DNA of 64,000 nt, taken from positions 18,228,001-18,292,000 of the forward strand of contig OZ024742.1 of NCBI GenBank assembly GCA_964016885.1, written 5' to 3'. The first letter of the stretch is position 1. Every line of letters starts with the position of its first letter. The notes under the pieces were generated by a model, which saw nothing but the letters and a program-made list of their open reading frames with translations, searched no databases and was not told where the DNA came from. Of this stretch, positions 13,851 through 29,500 are shown in pieces. The position numbers and the translations under genes were made by a program. The stretch comes from Eledone cirrhosa. Taxonomy: Eukaryota.

Positions 13851-16800
13851 GGAGGAGGTTATAGTTCACTTGAAGCATTGTGTAATGAGGTATAAACGTT
13901 TGTATATGTACCATTTCCTGTCAGCATGACTTGGCAAGTTATTTAGAACACTGGTTTAACCGCTTTACTTCCCTCCGAAGAAGAGATATTATCTCGAAAA
14001 TTAAGGACATTTAAATAAATCTAAGGTAAAAGACTAATTGTCAACAATATCTTTTGCATTTGCATTCTTTATTCTATGTCCATACCTGCATTGTTTTGGC
14101 TTTATTATACATATACAAACGTTTATATATATATAACACTGACAATGATAAGGATGATTGAGAAAATACTTACAAAGGTAGGTCATCATGGAAAAGTGGT
14201 TGTTGGAACATGACTGCTGGGATATCTATTGGAAATAAATATTTATATAAACATGTATTTTTCTTATTTCATAAAAAAATTAATATACTTTGAAAGTGTA
14301 TTTTAAAAATTGGTGTGATTCCTTCATCATTTTTACATCAACTTTTCTATGTTGGCATGGGTTTGATGAGATATTTTAGGGCAATGTTTTACAGCCAGAT
14401 GCCCTTTCTGACACTGATCCTCTTGGTCACTTCTTAAGACATGCAGACTCTATTCTGTCCACATGGGCTGTGGGACGGCCAGCGTATGGGCCCCCATTTG
14501 CTCATGTTAGTGAGAGATGGGGAGATCAGGAGAGATGGAAGCAGTGACAGTGGAAGTTTGGATCTGGTCTATATGTCATCATCATCATCATCACCGTTTT
14601 ACATCCGTTCTTCTACGCTAGCATGGATTAGATGGGTTGTCCTGTTGTGGGCAGTGTCTGGTCGGCTGACCTTGTCTTGTTCATACAGGAACTGATTCTG
14701 ACTTGATTTCTACAGCTGGATGCCCTTCCTAACACCAACCTCATTTACAGTGTGGGCTGGGTGCTTTTTTTCCATGGCACTCCACGACCACTTTGCAGTG
14801 GGAGGGGGTGGGGTATATTGTCTATATGCTTCAGCTTATATATATATATATATATATATATAAACAATACCCTGTTAGAAAATAGAGCTATTCAGGATAA
14901 AAACTCAACAGATACTAGACAAGACAGCAATGTGTATATTTGTTTATTGCACCACATATATATACTCCATCTATGGTAAATGTTTAAGCTTACTAAATAA
15001 TTCAGAATTTCACCCCACCGGCCAAAAGAAAAAAAGAAACTGTACCAATAACAACTCACAAATAGAATTCTGCTCTGGTGTGTAGAAAGCTTTTATTTCA
15101 AATGGATGGGCATTCAAAGACCATCTAAATAAAGTCAAGAGAAATTATTTCAACAAAGTATTTCACAGCTGCAATAGTAATAAAATTACTTTCACAGAAT
15201 TTGAAACTATATTATAAAGTTTTATTTCCCCATAATTGTGTGTGCTCTAGCATGGCCATAGACCTTTCACTGGAACAGGTTAAATGGTATATATTCTCAA
15301 TGTATTACTCCTGCCAGATTAATCATGTAGGCTTATTAACATAAAACCTATTACACACAGGGTTGGAAGGGCAGGGGTCACTTCATGTTTGGATGATCCC
15401 TCATACACAAAAAATTAGAAAACACAGCAAAGCCCCCAAGTTTACATATCAAAGTTAGCTAGGCACAAGTAATTCGAATTGAAAAGTTATACATACAGAT
15501 ATTAAATTAAAAAATTCTAACCATCCTAAAACCAAAAAGCCCAGCTGAGAGCACAAATAAATTTCCCACTTTGCGCCCCACATTATACCCCATTAAATGA
15601 GCAAGACACTTTATTTCACATTGCTCCAGTTTACTCAGCTGTAGAAATGAGATGATAGGGACTGGGGTCCATATCATTCCCCTGCAAAGTGGTCATGGAG
15701 GTGCCACGGCTAAAAAGCACCCAGCACTCACTGTAAATGAGGTTGGTGTTAGGAAGGGCATCCAGCTGTAGAAATCAAGCCAGAATCAGTTCCCGTCCCA
15801 CCCTTGCAAGCAGGGAAAAAGCGGACGTAAAATGAAATGAAATGATGATGAAATCCAGCCCTGACTGTGACAATACTGCAAATGTGTTGGCTTGCCTAAA
15901 AAATCATTAGATGCAAACTCCAGCACCCCTTGATATGGTATGTGACTGACTGTGCATATCTTCTCCCACATTTTATAAATATATAAATTGTGTTTATGGG
16001 CATGTGGTTAGAATGTCTCAGAAAAGAATTGCTGGACAGATTTTATGGGCAAAGCCAGCCAGCAGGAGACCCAGGAGTAGACCACAAACAAGATGGTTGG
16101 ATAACATTCATGAACTTGGCTGGTTATGCTTGGGAATCCAGCTAGATCAGTTGGAAATGGTTGTTTCTGATGGGACCCACTGGAAGGAGTGTTTGAGGAT
16201 TCAGGAAGAAGTGTTTATTTGTATCTTCATTTATAAAATATTGAAAATTTACTGCAATATTGTATGTATGGAGCTGTAAATCCTGGTGGAGTCATGTAAG
16301 TGCCACAGTGACATATGTGTCTTGGACATTTTAAACTCAGTGGCACCCATCCCTCTTCAGGTCTGAAAACAGCTGATTTCTTCTAGCAAAGGAGAGAGAG
16401 AGAGAGAGAGAGAGAGGGAAAGTGATAAAGAGATATAGAGTACAGGACTGGTACTTTTTCATCAATCTCGATAAGTTAAAAGGCAAAGTTGACCTCACTG
16501 AGATTTGAACTCAGAATACATAGAGCCGGAACAAATACCACAAGGCATTATATTAATAAAGATATAGTGAAATTAATGACAACATTTGAATTTATACAGA
16601 TATTGGATATTACTTACTTTCCCCTTGAATTGGTTTGCCTGAGTTTACTGAATGTCCGTACTAATTTATATCTGTCAATCGTGAACAAGTTACTCATGAA
16701 GTTTTCATTGAACTGAAACTAAAATTAAAAGAACATTTATTTAGAGTGAGACAGTTTACATAGAAGGAAGATGCAGTAGAGGAAGACCACGAAAAACATT

Positions 16801-17490
16801 GGCCGAGGTGGTGAGAGCAGACTCAGATCGCTGGAGATGACAAAGGACCATGACAAGTGGAGAGGTGCTGTGCTGAATAGGACCTGTCCCACCCTTGCAA
16901 ACAGGGAAAAGTAGACGTAAAATGATGATGAGGAGGATGATTAAGTAACGTTACTCCAAAGACCCTTCACAAGAACCCCATTTCGGCCACTTGTATTTGT
17001 GATTATATTCTTCTGGTCATTACCCAAGATTCATGACCATAGGTAAGAGTTTGGCATGGATATGACATGGATACCAAATTGAAGACAGCGAGTATGGCTT
17101 TTACACCAACTCCCCTTCTTCTGATAACTGAATGCTGAAGCTGCACATTACTGCACCAGCTCCTACAATTATTGCACTTAATTCAGTCTTCTGCCTTTCA
17201 TCACTCGTGAATGTGGCCCTGATAAACAGTTTAACAGTTTTGTTGTATTTTTCTAATGAAATGCAGAGGATTCAAATTAATAAATGAAGAATGGACTGAT
17301 AAAAGTTTCATCACTGTATATTGGAGGAAGCACTTTTATTTGTCCATCTGCCTGAAGAAAGGCCAGTTTAAAAATGCCTCCTATATACAGTGGTGGCCAC
17401 AACTGGACATTGAAACCAATGGTCACACATACATGTTAAATATATGCAACTTTGTTTATACTAAATATATATATACTATATATATATATA

Positions 17491-17547
<57 letters not shown>

Positions 17548-20500
17548 CACACACAAACGGATGTGTAATAGTAATATACATGAATGGGAAAGCGTAAATG
17601 AACTGAGAGAGAAATTAGGCATAAGAGGGATCAGATGCAGTTTACTAGAGAGGAAATTGCATTGGTATGGTCATGTAATGTGTATGAAGGATAACAGCTG
17701 TATAAAAAGGTGCAGGGTGATCAAAGTTGATGGAAGCTATGGAGTAAGAAGACCTGGGATGAGGTGATAAAAGCTGATCTTGCGCAATTTCACCTCTCAA
17801 AGACAATGGCACAGGATCGAGATCTTTGGTGTTATGCAGTAATACAGAAGACATGATCACCTGACCCAACTTGCCTCTAATGGGACAACCCATCTACCCC
17901 ATGCTAGTATAGAAAATGCATGTTAAACGATGATGATATTTATATATACATTACCTGTTCTATAAAGGGATCAGCACTAAGGGTATCGTCGCTACCAATC
18001 ATCTGTAACATACTGTATAGCTGTAAAAAGATACATATCACAGTTATATTAACTTTATTTTAAATAACATAAGAATCAATGGGCTGGTCGGAAATTCTTA
18101 GAAAATGTAGAAATCCCAAATTCACATAATAGCTTAAAAATCTATTGCATCAGAATTACTTCAATCCAGGAGCTTTTCATTCCTATTGGAGGAACCTCTC
18201 CCTGGTTGATCTCCACCACCTTCTGTTTGGTTTTAGTCATGTCAGGGGTGTAGCCCTACTCACCATGCTTGTAGGTTGGTGAGGCTATATAACCCATATT
18301 TGGGGTGGAAGGTCGTTGACTCTGAGGACTTCATCCACCCTTTTAACAGCTCTTTTTTTGTGTTGCTGGGATTCCACTTATCCTTCTCACCAGACCAGGG
18401 TCTGGTGAGGGAACCTCAACCATGAAGCAAGTTGTACTGGTTTACATGTTACCGGTAGCAGGCAGAAGCCTGACCTTATTTCTCATCTCATGCTTTAGAC
18501 TCTCTCTCTTCTTTTCTTTCCCACTCTCCGTTTGATATGGGGTTATATCTTAACCCGACCTTTTATTCCACATATAGTATCCAGCTCTTTATGTCTACCC
18601 TTCACACTGACAATATTACAATTTTATCAATATTCATATACACTCATCACTTTAAACCTTTTCCATTAACATTTACACACTTATATTTAATAGAGTACAA
18701 CATGTTACCTTTTTCAGACCTTCCCACTTTGTGATTTGATCCATCCAACAAATGTGGGAAACCATGTTTATGACAGCTGCGTGGATCATCTTTGGGACAT
18801 GGATGTTCTAAGGAAGCAAAAAATCACATTTATGATATCAACTTCCTACATTATTAAAATATGTAAATCAACATCATCATCATCATCACCACCACCACCA
18901 CCATCGTCGTTGTCATCATTATCATCATCATCATCATCATCATCACCATCATCTCTACCACCGCCACCACCACTGCCATCATCTAATTCATCATCATTAT
19001 CATCATTGTTAAACATCTATCTTCCTTCTAGCAAGTGTTAGATGGGTCATCACAGTCCAAGTCAGTACTCAAGCAGAGGTAGTGACCTGCCAGATGGGCC
19101 AGGAGCCAACAACTTGCTTACATACATTCCTGCCCTCTATTAAGTGCATTTGATCATAGCAGCAGCACAAAGGAGGTTTTCATATTTTTAACAAAGTTGA
19201 ACAATCCTCCTGTATATGAAAACTAGTTTTGTGTTATAGTGTTGGTTGCTTAACAGTATAAATTGGCATTTTACCAAAGTTAAGTTTTACTCTTATCCAA
19301 TTGATAGAATTTAAATAATATAATTATCATCATCACCATTTAACGTCCATTTTTCCATGCTGGCAGATCCTGTTGTGAGCTATGCTAGGTCAGATGACTA
19401 TGTCATGCTCACACAGAACCAATTTTGACTTGGTTTCTACAGCTGGATGTCGTAAAACCCAAGCCATAATGAAAATTATCGTGTACAGTATTTAGGTGCA
19501 CTAAAACTCATCAAAGGTGCATGTGTAGTACATGCAAGTTCGCTTCATGGACCAGGCAATGTGTTATGTCCTTGAGCAAAACATTTTATTTCATGCTGTA
19601 TTTTCTGCCAGGAGTTGTAACTGATAGATAGTATCAGCAATGGAAACATCATTTCCTTGGTCCGATTTTACGAGTTCCACCCCACTGAGTAAGTGAATGA
19701 GGTTTGGGATCTTCTCAATCAATTCAATCAACTATAAATTATAGTTGAAAAAAAACCCCCAAAAAACAAAAAGACAGGTAAAATACACCTGGAGACAGAA
19801 AAAAGTGGTGCCCCAGCATAGCCTCAGTCCCTTGGTTGGAATGCAAATAAATAAGAGGCACCTACAAGGAACTGAACCTGCCCCTTTCATTTCTTACCTT
19901 ATATTTATCAGCATCTGAGAAATATCTTCTGGCATAGATTTTACTGATAACACTTGGCATTAAATTACCAACAAAGAGGACACAGCTGAGGGGTCTGTTG
20001 GCAGTACCTATACCACTGGTTATCTGTAATAAATAGAGACATGACTTGTGACAGCTTCATAAAAATAATGGTTTCTACTTTTGGCACAAGGCCAGCAATT
20101 ACCCCAGTCTATTACTGGTACTTTATTTTATTGACCCCTTAAGGATGAAAAGCAAAGTTAACCTCAGCGAGATTTGAACTCAGAATGGCAAGGCCCGTAA
20201 CTCTATGCATCAAAGCATGGGGAACATCAAGATAAGAAACTATCAGTTCAAATTCCAGGAGACCACCATTTATAAGTGTGACCAGTTCCTGTCATGGGAA
20301 GTTATAATGTGGTATAAGCGAGATAAATCCTTACCTATGAAAGAACAGTAGAAACGTAAGTCTGAATATCACATATGTCTTCAGAATTGTACTTTGTATA
20401 TATAAAATATATATATAATAAAAAATATAGGATAATAATAAATTTACTTACATGTTTGTAATTTTGGTACATATTATAGAACGGGCTGGGCATAGCATCG

Positions 20501-23500
20501 ATTTTGGACATTAAAAACTTCATCAATACAAAGTCAATCAAATCACTTGGTGTTAAAAAGAAAAAAAAAAAAAAGAGAATATTAAGAATGTATACAGTCC
20601 AAGATCTGAGTGTCATCATTCTTGACCTATGTGCTGATGGCTGCAGGAGATTGTCATGGAGCACTTGTTCTGTTTTATGGATCACATTTTGTGCCTCCCA
20701 GAACATTGCCTATACAAAACAGCAATGACAGAGACTTCCCCTGAAGGCAAGCGGAAAGAGACCGTCCAAAGATGACCTGACAGTGGACATTCCAAAGTGA
20801 CCTACAAACCGTCAATATCACCTGACACAGATTTCAACAAGCTGCCTCAGCTTATAAAATTAATTTTTTTGAGTAATCGAAAGTTTAACGAGATATAGAA
20901 ATTTAACTAAATCATTATTCAACGTTGAGTTAAAATATGAAATAATTGTTTCTACTTTTGGCACAAGGCCAGCAATTATCCCATTGCATTACTGTTATTT
21001 TTTTTTGTCGACCCCGTAAGGATGAAAGGCAAAGTTAACCTCGGCGGGATTTGAACTCAGACCATAAAGGGCCATAACCCTTTGCTGCAAAGCATGGCGT
21101 CCGACCCTCTACTGATACTGCCATAAAATATGAAATAATATGTAGGGATTATTCTTTGTTCGATAACTAATGGTGTCATAAAATCACTTAATTTTTAACT
21201 CTACAAAATACTTCACTGACCGACAGCACTGGAGATGATTGGTTGCCTTATGTTCCCTTTGGAACAAGCTGGACTAAGAGTAAAGAAGCTATCTTTAAAC
21301 ATTTTAAAATATCTGAAATGATCCCTGACTTACTTTTCTTCTGAATTCCTTAACATTTGTAACAGATTCTTTAAATATTCTGGAGATTCAACAAGAACAA
21401 CTTCATCATCTTTAATTGTCACATTTTTTCCAGTCAGGTTTAAAGCTGTTTGGAATATTTGGCGCCAAGAAATCTATGAAAAGAAAAGAAAAAAGTGATA
21501 AAAAGGGAAATGAAAGTTTCATTGATTGTAAATATGAATTATATATTATCCTTGCAGTGGCAGTGGCAGAAGGAGCAACGTGAAATAAAATGTCTTGCTG
21601 AAGGCCATAACATATCACCAGCTCACACCCTCGCGATTGTGAATCCAATTCTCTAACCACTCATCCACGTGCCTTCACTATGACATTAACCCTTTAGAAT
21701 TTACATTATTCTATATTTACTATTGTATTTTCGTGGTAAAGGCTGTATCTTACATAATTATCTCATATAGTATCGAATCTTAAACCCATGTTAGCGTGGA
21801 AGATAGACGTTAAACGATGATGATGAGATTTTGATATTCATTTTGAGAAAAATACCTTAACATCAGTATGAACGGCCAGTTACAGCCGGTTTGAACAGAA
21901 GGAGGTGAGAGAGTTCTGACTGGATACAGCCTGTTTAAATGCTAAAGGGTTAATAATCTGTCTTTTTCAACCTTCATATGTCTTTCTGGAATATATTAGC
22001 AATAAGTAAATATCAAACCATACTCTAGTCCTTGTTATTTCTGTCCATAAGAGGTAAAAAGATGCCATTAATACCTGAGTGGATTCTTCAAGTTCTCTTA
22101 TTTGTATTAGATTATATTTGCGATGAACATCTGTTGTAGCACTTGGTGTGATCTAAGTAGAAAAAATAGTTTTAAAATCAAACTTCATAACAAGAAAAAG
22201 AAGTTTTGTAGAAAATAACAAGAAAAGTATTATTGAGCAGAGCTGTAAAAGGAAAATGGTTGAAGAGAACTATGTCGCAGCAAATAATCCTTTTTTTATA
22301 CAGAGCATATAAATAAATTTACAATAGAATAACAACAAATATGTTTTAAATATATACATAAATAACATTACAAATGCTTAGACAACATTATAAATTGCTC
22401 GCGATTCTTTCAGAAGGATATATTCTTTTAATGTTGCAATATTAAAGAAAATGTAAAGGAAGGGATGAACAACCGAGCCAACACCAGAGCAAAAGACAGC
22501 AGCGTCGCGAGGGGTACCAGGCAACCTCTCTAATGATTTTTGAGGCAAGCCAGCACACTCGCAGCGTTGCCTTGGGTGATGGCGAGGCTAATGCGCTGGA
22601 ACAACCAAGCGCCCTCACAAGATTCACCAAATAATTGAACCAAATCCACAACTCCTCAATTGAACTATTTAAGATCATTTGTAAAAGTTTGTAGTAATGT
22701 AATATATTTATAAAATATGTTTATAAAATTCATAGAAAATACAGGATTCCTAGACATTGGAATTGACAAGGATGACCGTCTAACCCATGCTAGCGTAGAA
22801 GATGGACATTAAACGAAGATGATGATGATGACCTACAAACTTTGATGGGAAACAGAGACCGTTGTTGTGCAGTTGTGAATTTCATAGTAAATCTAAGAGT
22901 CCCAGACACATAAAATAACTGTAAACACTGCTATAAATAATACCATAATATCATCATGATTATCCTGATCATCATCACTGTTTTATATCTATTTTCTATG
23001 TTTATTGTTGTTGTTGTTACAGTTCACACCTATGTAGGTTTTGCTAGCCTCCTCCAAGGTTGTATCTCATTGGAGGTGTCTTGGATGATATAATGATAGG
23101 GACCCCAGTCCCTATCATCTCATTTCTACAGCTGAGTAAACTGGAGCAATGTGAAATAAAGTGTCTTGCTCAAGGAAACAACACATCACCCGGTCCAAGA
23201 ATTGAACTCACAACCTTTCGATTGCAAGCCCAATGCTCTAACCACTAAGCCATGCACCTTCTATGCTTGCATGGGTTAGACAAGTTATCATGCTCTGAGA
23301 CTAAACAAGCAAGTCAGACAACTGTGTTTTGCTCATATATTCCATTTTGGCATGGTCTTTATGGCTGGATGCCCTTCTTAATGCCAACTTTTTCATGATA
23401 TGAATAGGGTTCATTTCCACATGTAGTCACCATTACTATCTGACAGGGTAGAATGGGTGCTTTTTTTGTGACACTAGCACTTCTACATTACAGAATCAGC

Positions 23501-26500
23501 TGGATGCATTTTATCATGGTACAAACACTAACATTTTACAAATTGAGCTTGGTGCATTAATCTACATCAAAAATGATGATCAGAATCTGAAGGAACTCCA
23601 AAGTTTCAGGTGGTTTGATATTAAAAAAACAAACACTTAAAGTCATAAAATAAGATATAATTCAATTGAATGGTTGAAAGTTTTTCTAATTTACCTGTGA
23701 AAGAACTAATTCTAAACCAATAACCTTTTGTACGATTGATTGCACCTGCATCTGATTAGCAATGTCAGTCAGTAATTTTCGGAATGCCGTAAAGTAAGGT
23801 AGCTTGGAATCATAGTTTTTTTTGTTTCCCAGTTGCAGAGGTAAAATACCAATCTGGAAAATAATAAAAAAAATATTAAGAATGTATAACATATATATAT
23901 ATATATGACAAAGGAAGTGTGGTAAGGAACCAGGTGAACCATAATGCACCAGAGTACTCGATACTTTGGGTAGTAGAGTGGGTAATAGAAAAATGTTCAG
24001 GACCCCGACAGCAGAGCTCAAGCTTTTTCAACGGCTAGAAATAGCCATCAAAATAGCTTGAGCTCTGCTATCGGGGTCCTGAACATTTTCCTATATATAT
24101 ATAATACGTATGCAGTAGATGTACAGGGAAATTTGATAGTAGAAGTCGCAGTGATAGACTTATTTTTCAAATGCAGGTAGGTTCTATAGAAGTGGTTGAT
24201 AGCTTCCAGTACCTAGGTGATCAGATTAACATGGGAGGGTGGTGTTCCGAGGCCATAGTATCTAGAATAAGGACGGGTTGGAAGAAGTTTAGGGAGCTGC
24301 TTCCTCTGCTGACAAAGAAGGGTTTCTCCTGGCGTACGAAAGGCCAGTTATATGATGCCTGTGTGAGATGCGTGATGCTGCATGGTAGTGAGACATGGGC
24401 AGCAACTGCAGAGGATATGCGACGGCTGGAGAGAAATGAAGCAAGTATGCTCCATTGGATGTGCAATGTCAATGTGTGTGAACGACCAAGCATAGACGAG
24501 TTGAGAAAGAAACTGGGTATAAGAGGGATAAGTTGTGGTGTGCAGGAGAGAAGGCTGAGATGGTATGGACATGTGATGCGCATGGAGGATGACCACTGGG
24601 TAAAGAAGTGTTAAGAAATGCCAGTAGAAGGAAGATGTGGTAGAGGAAGACCACGAAAAACATGGGCGGAGGTGGTGAGAGCGGACCTCAGATTGAAGGA
24701 CCGTGACAAGCGGAGAGATGCTGTGCTGAATAGGACCCGTCCCACCCTTGCAAGCAGGGAAAAGCGGATGTAAAATGATGATGATGATGATGATATATAA
24801 CAAGAAATCAACAGGTTAAAATTAACTTCATTTATTCATATTTGCTGCAATATATATTTGGTGATAACCATTATTCAACAGTTATGACCTCATCTAGAAC
24901 TTGAACAGAAAAAACAGGGAAACATAATGGTGGAATAGAGTTTACCTTGTTAATTCGTTGATATGCCTAGATCTGGAAAGTGGTGTTGTTAATCCAAAGC
25001 ACTGTCAGAATATCTATATATATACACATACACACATCATTTCTGTTGCATTTTGTGTGCTTATCTTCAATGCTCTACAAGTTTCAAAAATGCAATTACA
25101 GTTATGAAAGAACTGTGTGTGACATTAAGGGAGGATATTATAGACATCAGAATGGTTCAGAGATGTTTCTGCTAATTTCCAACTGGAAATTTCAATCCCA
25201 AAGATGAGCTGCATACTGGCAGACAGTCAAATTTTAATGTCAATATCCTAAATGCCCTTACTTCTTAAAGACCCATTTTCTTTAGTAACAGCTTAACCAA
25301 ATAAAATTGACTTTGCTCATACCACAGTATCTTGGCATATTAACAAATAAGGGTGTGTTTAAAGTTTGAATGATAAGTTCCACATGAACTTAACACAGCC
25401 AGTTTTACCACCAGATTCACCATATGCACTTCACTGTTGGCACAGCATAATTTTCAGGCTTTTCAGCCTTTAATGATTGGTTAATCATTGTCAATGAAAA
25501 ATAGGTTATATATGATAATTCAGTCAGGAAAAATGTTAACTGTTTGCCACATGAGAAGGTCCCCCATGTTCTGTGGCCTAATATGTATATATGAACTTGT
25601 AACTCCTGATGGATCATAGAAGTACCATAATGATATACAGTGTGTTTTGGGATTTTTTAAACCTGGTGGATGATATTAATGATGATGATGATGATGATGA
25701 TAAAAAAAACATACAAAAAAGAAATTCAAATATAATCTTAGAATGCAAAGGCAGACTGTATGATGCGTGTATACAAACAACAATGTTACATGGTAGTGAG
25801 ACCTGGGCACTGTCTGACTTGTGTAGATTAGAAAGAAACGAAGCTTGCATGTCCCAATGGATGTGTAATAGTAGTATACACGAACGGCAAAGCATAAACG
25901 AATTGAGAGAGAGGCTGAGCATAAGAGGAATCAAATGTTGTGTGCAGGAGAGGAGGTTGCGTTGTTATGGACATGTGATGCATATGAAGGATGACAGCTG
26001 CATATAAAGGTGTAGAGCAATAGAAGTCGATGGAAGCTGCGGAGAGGGGAGACCCAAGAGGATGAGGTGATAAAAGCCGACCTTACCCAATTGCACCTCT
26101 CAAGGGCGATGACACACGATCGCAACCTCTGGCGTTATGCAGTAATACAGAAGACTCGACTTCCCATGGGAACAAGCCGAAGCTGAAGCATATAGACAAT
26201 ATGCCTCCCCCCTCCCACTGTAAAGTGGACGTGTAGGCACAACGGAAAAAGCACCCAACACTCACTATAAAGTGGACGTGTAGGCGCCACAGAAAAAAAG
26301 CACTCAGCACTCACTGTAAATGAGGTTGGTGTTAGGAAGGGCATCCAGCTGTAGAAATGAAGCCAGAATCAGTTCTCGTATGAGCAAGACAAGGTCAGCC
26401 GACCGGACACTGCCCACAACAGAACAAGCCATCTAACCCATGCTAGCATGGAAGAACAGACGTAAAACGGTGAAGATGATGATACTGTATATGTGTTGTT

Positions 26501-29500
26501 TCATCTATTTCTGAAATTTCTGTGTATTCCACAGTTTCTACAAAGCCATGTTTGTGTTTATTATATGTTTTTATGACCCTGATCAATAAATATTCCTCCA
26601 TCACTTGTTTTCTGGTCAAAAAGTGGTGTGTGTTATACATGAATGTGCACAATACATGAAATTATATGGTGCTAGAGTTTCTTGTCTCTAGAAACTTACA
26701 TGTAAGATATTGTTTGAAACATTTTTCTGGTCTTTTACAACTCCAATTGGTAATAAATAGTTACTATAAAGTGGTATAAGTTCTGTTACTAATCGATTCA
26801 AATCAGGTTTTTTAGAATTAGGTTGATTGCTTCGTGCTATACTTGTTAATGCTGACAATGTTCGTTGGATGAATAACAGGCTTGGTTTTCCATAATTTTC
26901 TGTAATATAGAAAAATATATTCTTTGTATTTGCCAAAATAAGTTTTTATTAAAATTCAATCCAATTCATGGCTTTCTCAATCCTATTGGAGGACTCGCTC
27001 CCTAGTTGACCAACACCCCCTATTTTGGTTTTGGTCATGTCATGGGTATAGCCGTACTCACCATGCTTGGTGTGTTGGTGAGGCTATTTAACTTATAGTT
27101 GGGGTGGATGGCCATTGACTCTGAGGAGTTTATCCACCCTTTTTAACAGCTCTTAATTTTTGTATTGCTGCTGGGGTTCCACTTATCCTCCTCACCTGAC
27201 AAGGGTTATATGGGGTAGCTGGTTTAGTCCCCGACCACTTGACCATGAAGCAGGTTGTACTGGATTACATGGTACCAGTAGCAGGCAGAAGTCTGAGCTG
27301 ACATTTCACATACAACTATCTCACTTACCTGAGTACACACAAGACTTGTATAAGGTTTTTGCATTTTTTTCTGCTTTTGAATCATATTGTAGGGGTTCCT
27401 TCATTAGCAAATCTGGAAATATAGAAATTATTTATGTAAATGTTTGATGGAATGGTCCTCCATCGATTTCAGTGATGATTGTTACAGTTGTTTGATCAAT
27501 GGAACATCATGAAATTAACATGTAAGTGGCTGAACATTTCACAGACACATAATTCTCAGGGAGATTCAGCATGACAAAGTGTGTGACCAGAGCAAGACTT
27601 TCATCTGTTGAAGCCCTAAGCTATGAGATGTTAGACACAGAATTCAAAACAGTGTCAAGGGTTGTTGTTGGAAAGATGGTTAATAATCTTGTGGGTGTCT
27701 ACCAAGTCAGATGATGAAACGCATTCCATGGGTGTTTTTATTTGTAATTGCTCACATGAGTCTTGTATGTCAGAAGTTTTTTTTTCACTGCCAGACTACC
27801 ATAGAATCTACTACACCTTTTGTGCATCCATAGTTTACATATAACACAATGTATGAAATTCTTACTGATTCCATTTCTGTTAATATCATCATTGTTATGT
27901 GTTTTTTAAAATTATTTTGTATGGTGGTTGGCATTAGGAAGAGCATCCATCCACCCATAGAAAGCATGCGAAATATGGAATGTATGAAGAGAATGGTTGA
28001 ATTGATCCACCAGGTCTTGGATGACTACAACCCATCCAACCTATGCCAGCATGGAAAGAGGATGCAAAAATAATGATGATAATGATGATGATGATCATCA
28101 TGATGATTAGGAATTCTTTTGCTAATTATTCCATTAGCATGTCATCATCATCATCATCGTTTAACATCCATTTTTCCACACTAGCAAGGTATGAACATAT
28201 CTGTAAAAATGTATCAGTATTTATGAAATGTACCAATAAAATAAAACAAACAAACAAAAAAACCCTATGTACCTTTGATGTCACTTTTTATCTGATCTGT
28301 GAGGACCACACCAGAAATTCCTAGATGGACAGGAGGAGAAGTAGTTGTTTGTTTCCAGTTTCCACAAATATATTGATAGAAGTCATCACAAGGAGCTGTA
28401 TTTTCATCAATTGAGGATTTGAAAGATTTTACTTTGATAAAAAGAAAAAAAAAGTACAAAATTGTGATTCCAGTATTTATTGTAAAGCAAGTTATTTTGC
28501 ATGATTTCTGATTTCTATTATTTAGTGAATAATACACTTTATTTGCTGATCTGAAGTTGGATTCCAACTTAACCCCAAAGTCCTCCATGTCTTAACTTTA
28601 GATGCTTTTACTGCAGTTTTTCATGCCTGCTTGTGCTGCAAGTGCGAGAAGGGGGACTTATTTCCAAGCCAAGATTTGTAAGGCTCCTTCTTTTCAGATG
28701 GCATTTTTGACCTCTTGAATGAACCAAGGAGTTTTCCTGCCATTTGGTGCCACACCATGCCTCTTTCGCCTACAGCATTTAACAGTATTAAGAGTTAAAA
28801 TAGACATTTAGCAATGTGAAAATTTAAATGTTGGTGTCATGATAATATGCACCCAGTACACCCTGTAAAGTTGTAAACCATTGACTGGAGGTCTTTAGCC
28901 TTGTCAAGAACATGACAGTTTCTTTAGTGTTGATGTCATAATAAAATACATAAAATAGAATCTATAAAATGGCTAGTATGAAGAAGGACATCCAGCAGTA
29001 GAAACCATGCCAAAAATTGGGACATACATGTGAGATGTAGATTCCTATCACCACAACCTGGCTAGGAAGGTAGCATAGAAAGTGAATGTAAAATGATGAT
29101 ATTGTTGTTGTTAATACTGATGATGATGGGGATGATGATAACGATGATCATGATGAGGATCTTGATGATAATGATGATGATGATGTATTAGTTTCAATAA
29201 AATCCCACAAGAAATCAATCTGCCTTACCAACTATTAGGCATTCATCTTCCAAACATTCATTCTTCAATGGTACATTTGTAATGTGAGTTGAAGATGTTG
29301 CAGTTGTTCCACTGAAGTCTGTAAAAGATGTTATATTAGTTGTAGTTTGAAGTAGTGACGTTGTTGCTGCTTCACTAAAGTTTTGGTGGTATTTGGTTTT
29401 ATTTGTAGTTTGAGAAATATTTAAATATGTTTTCAAGACGCTCAAAGAATGGTTTCGAATCTTAGTGATATTCAGATCATAATTGTGATCTTCTACAGTA

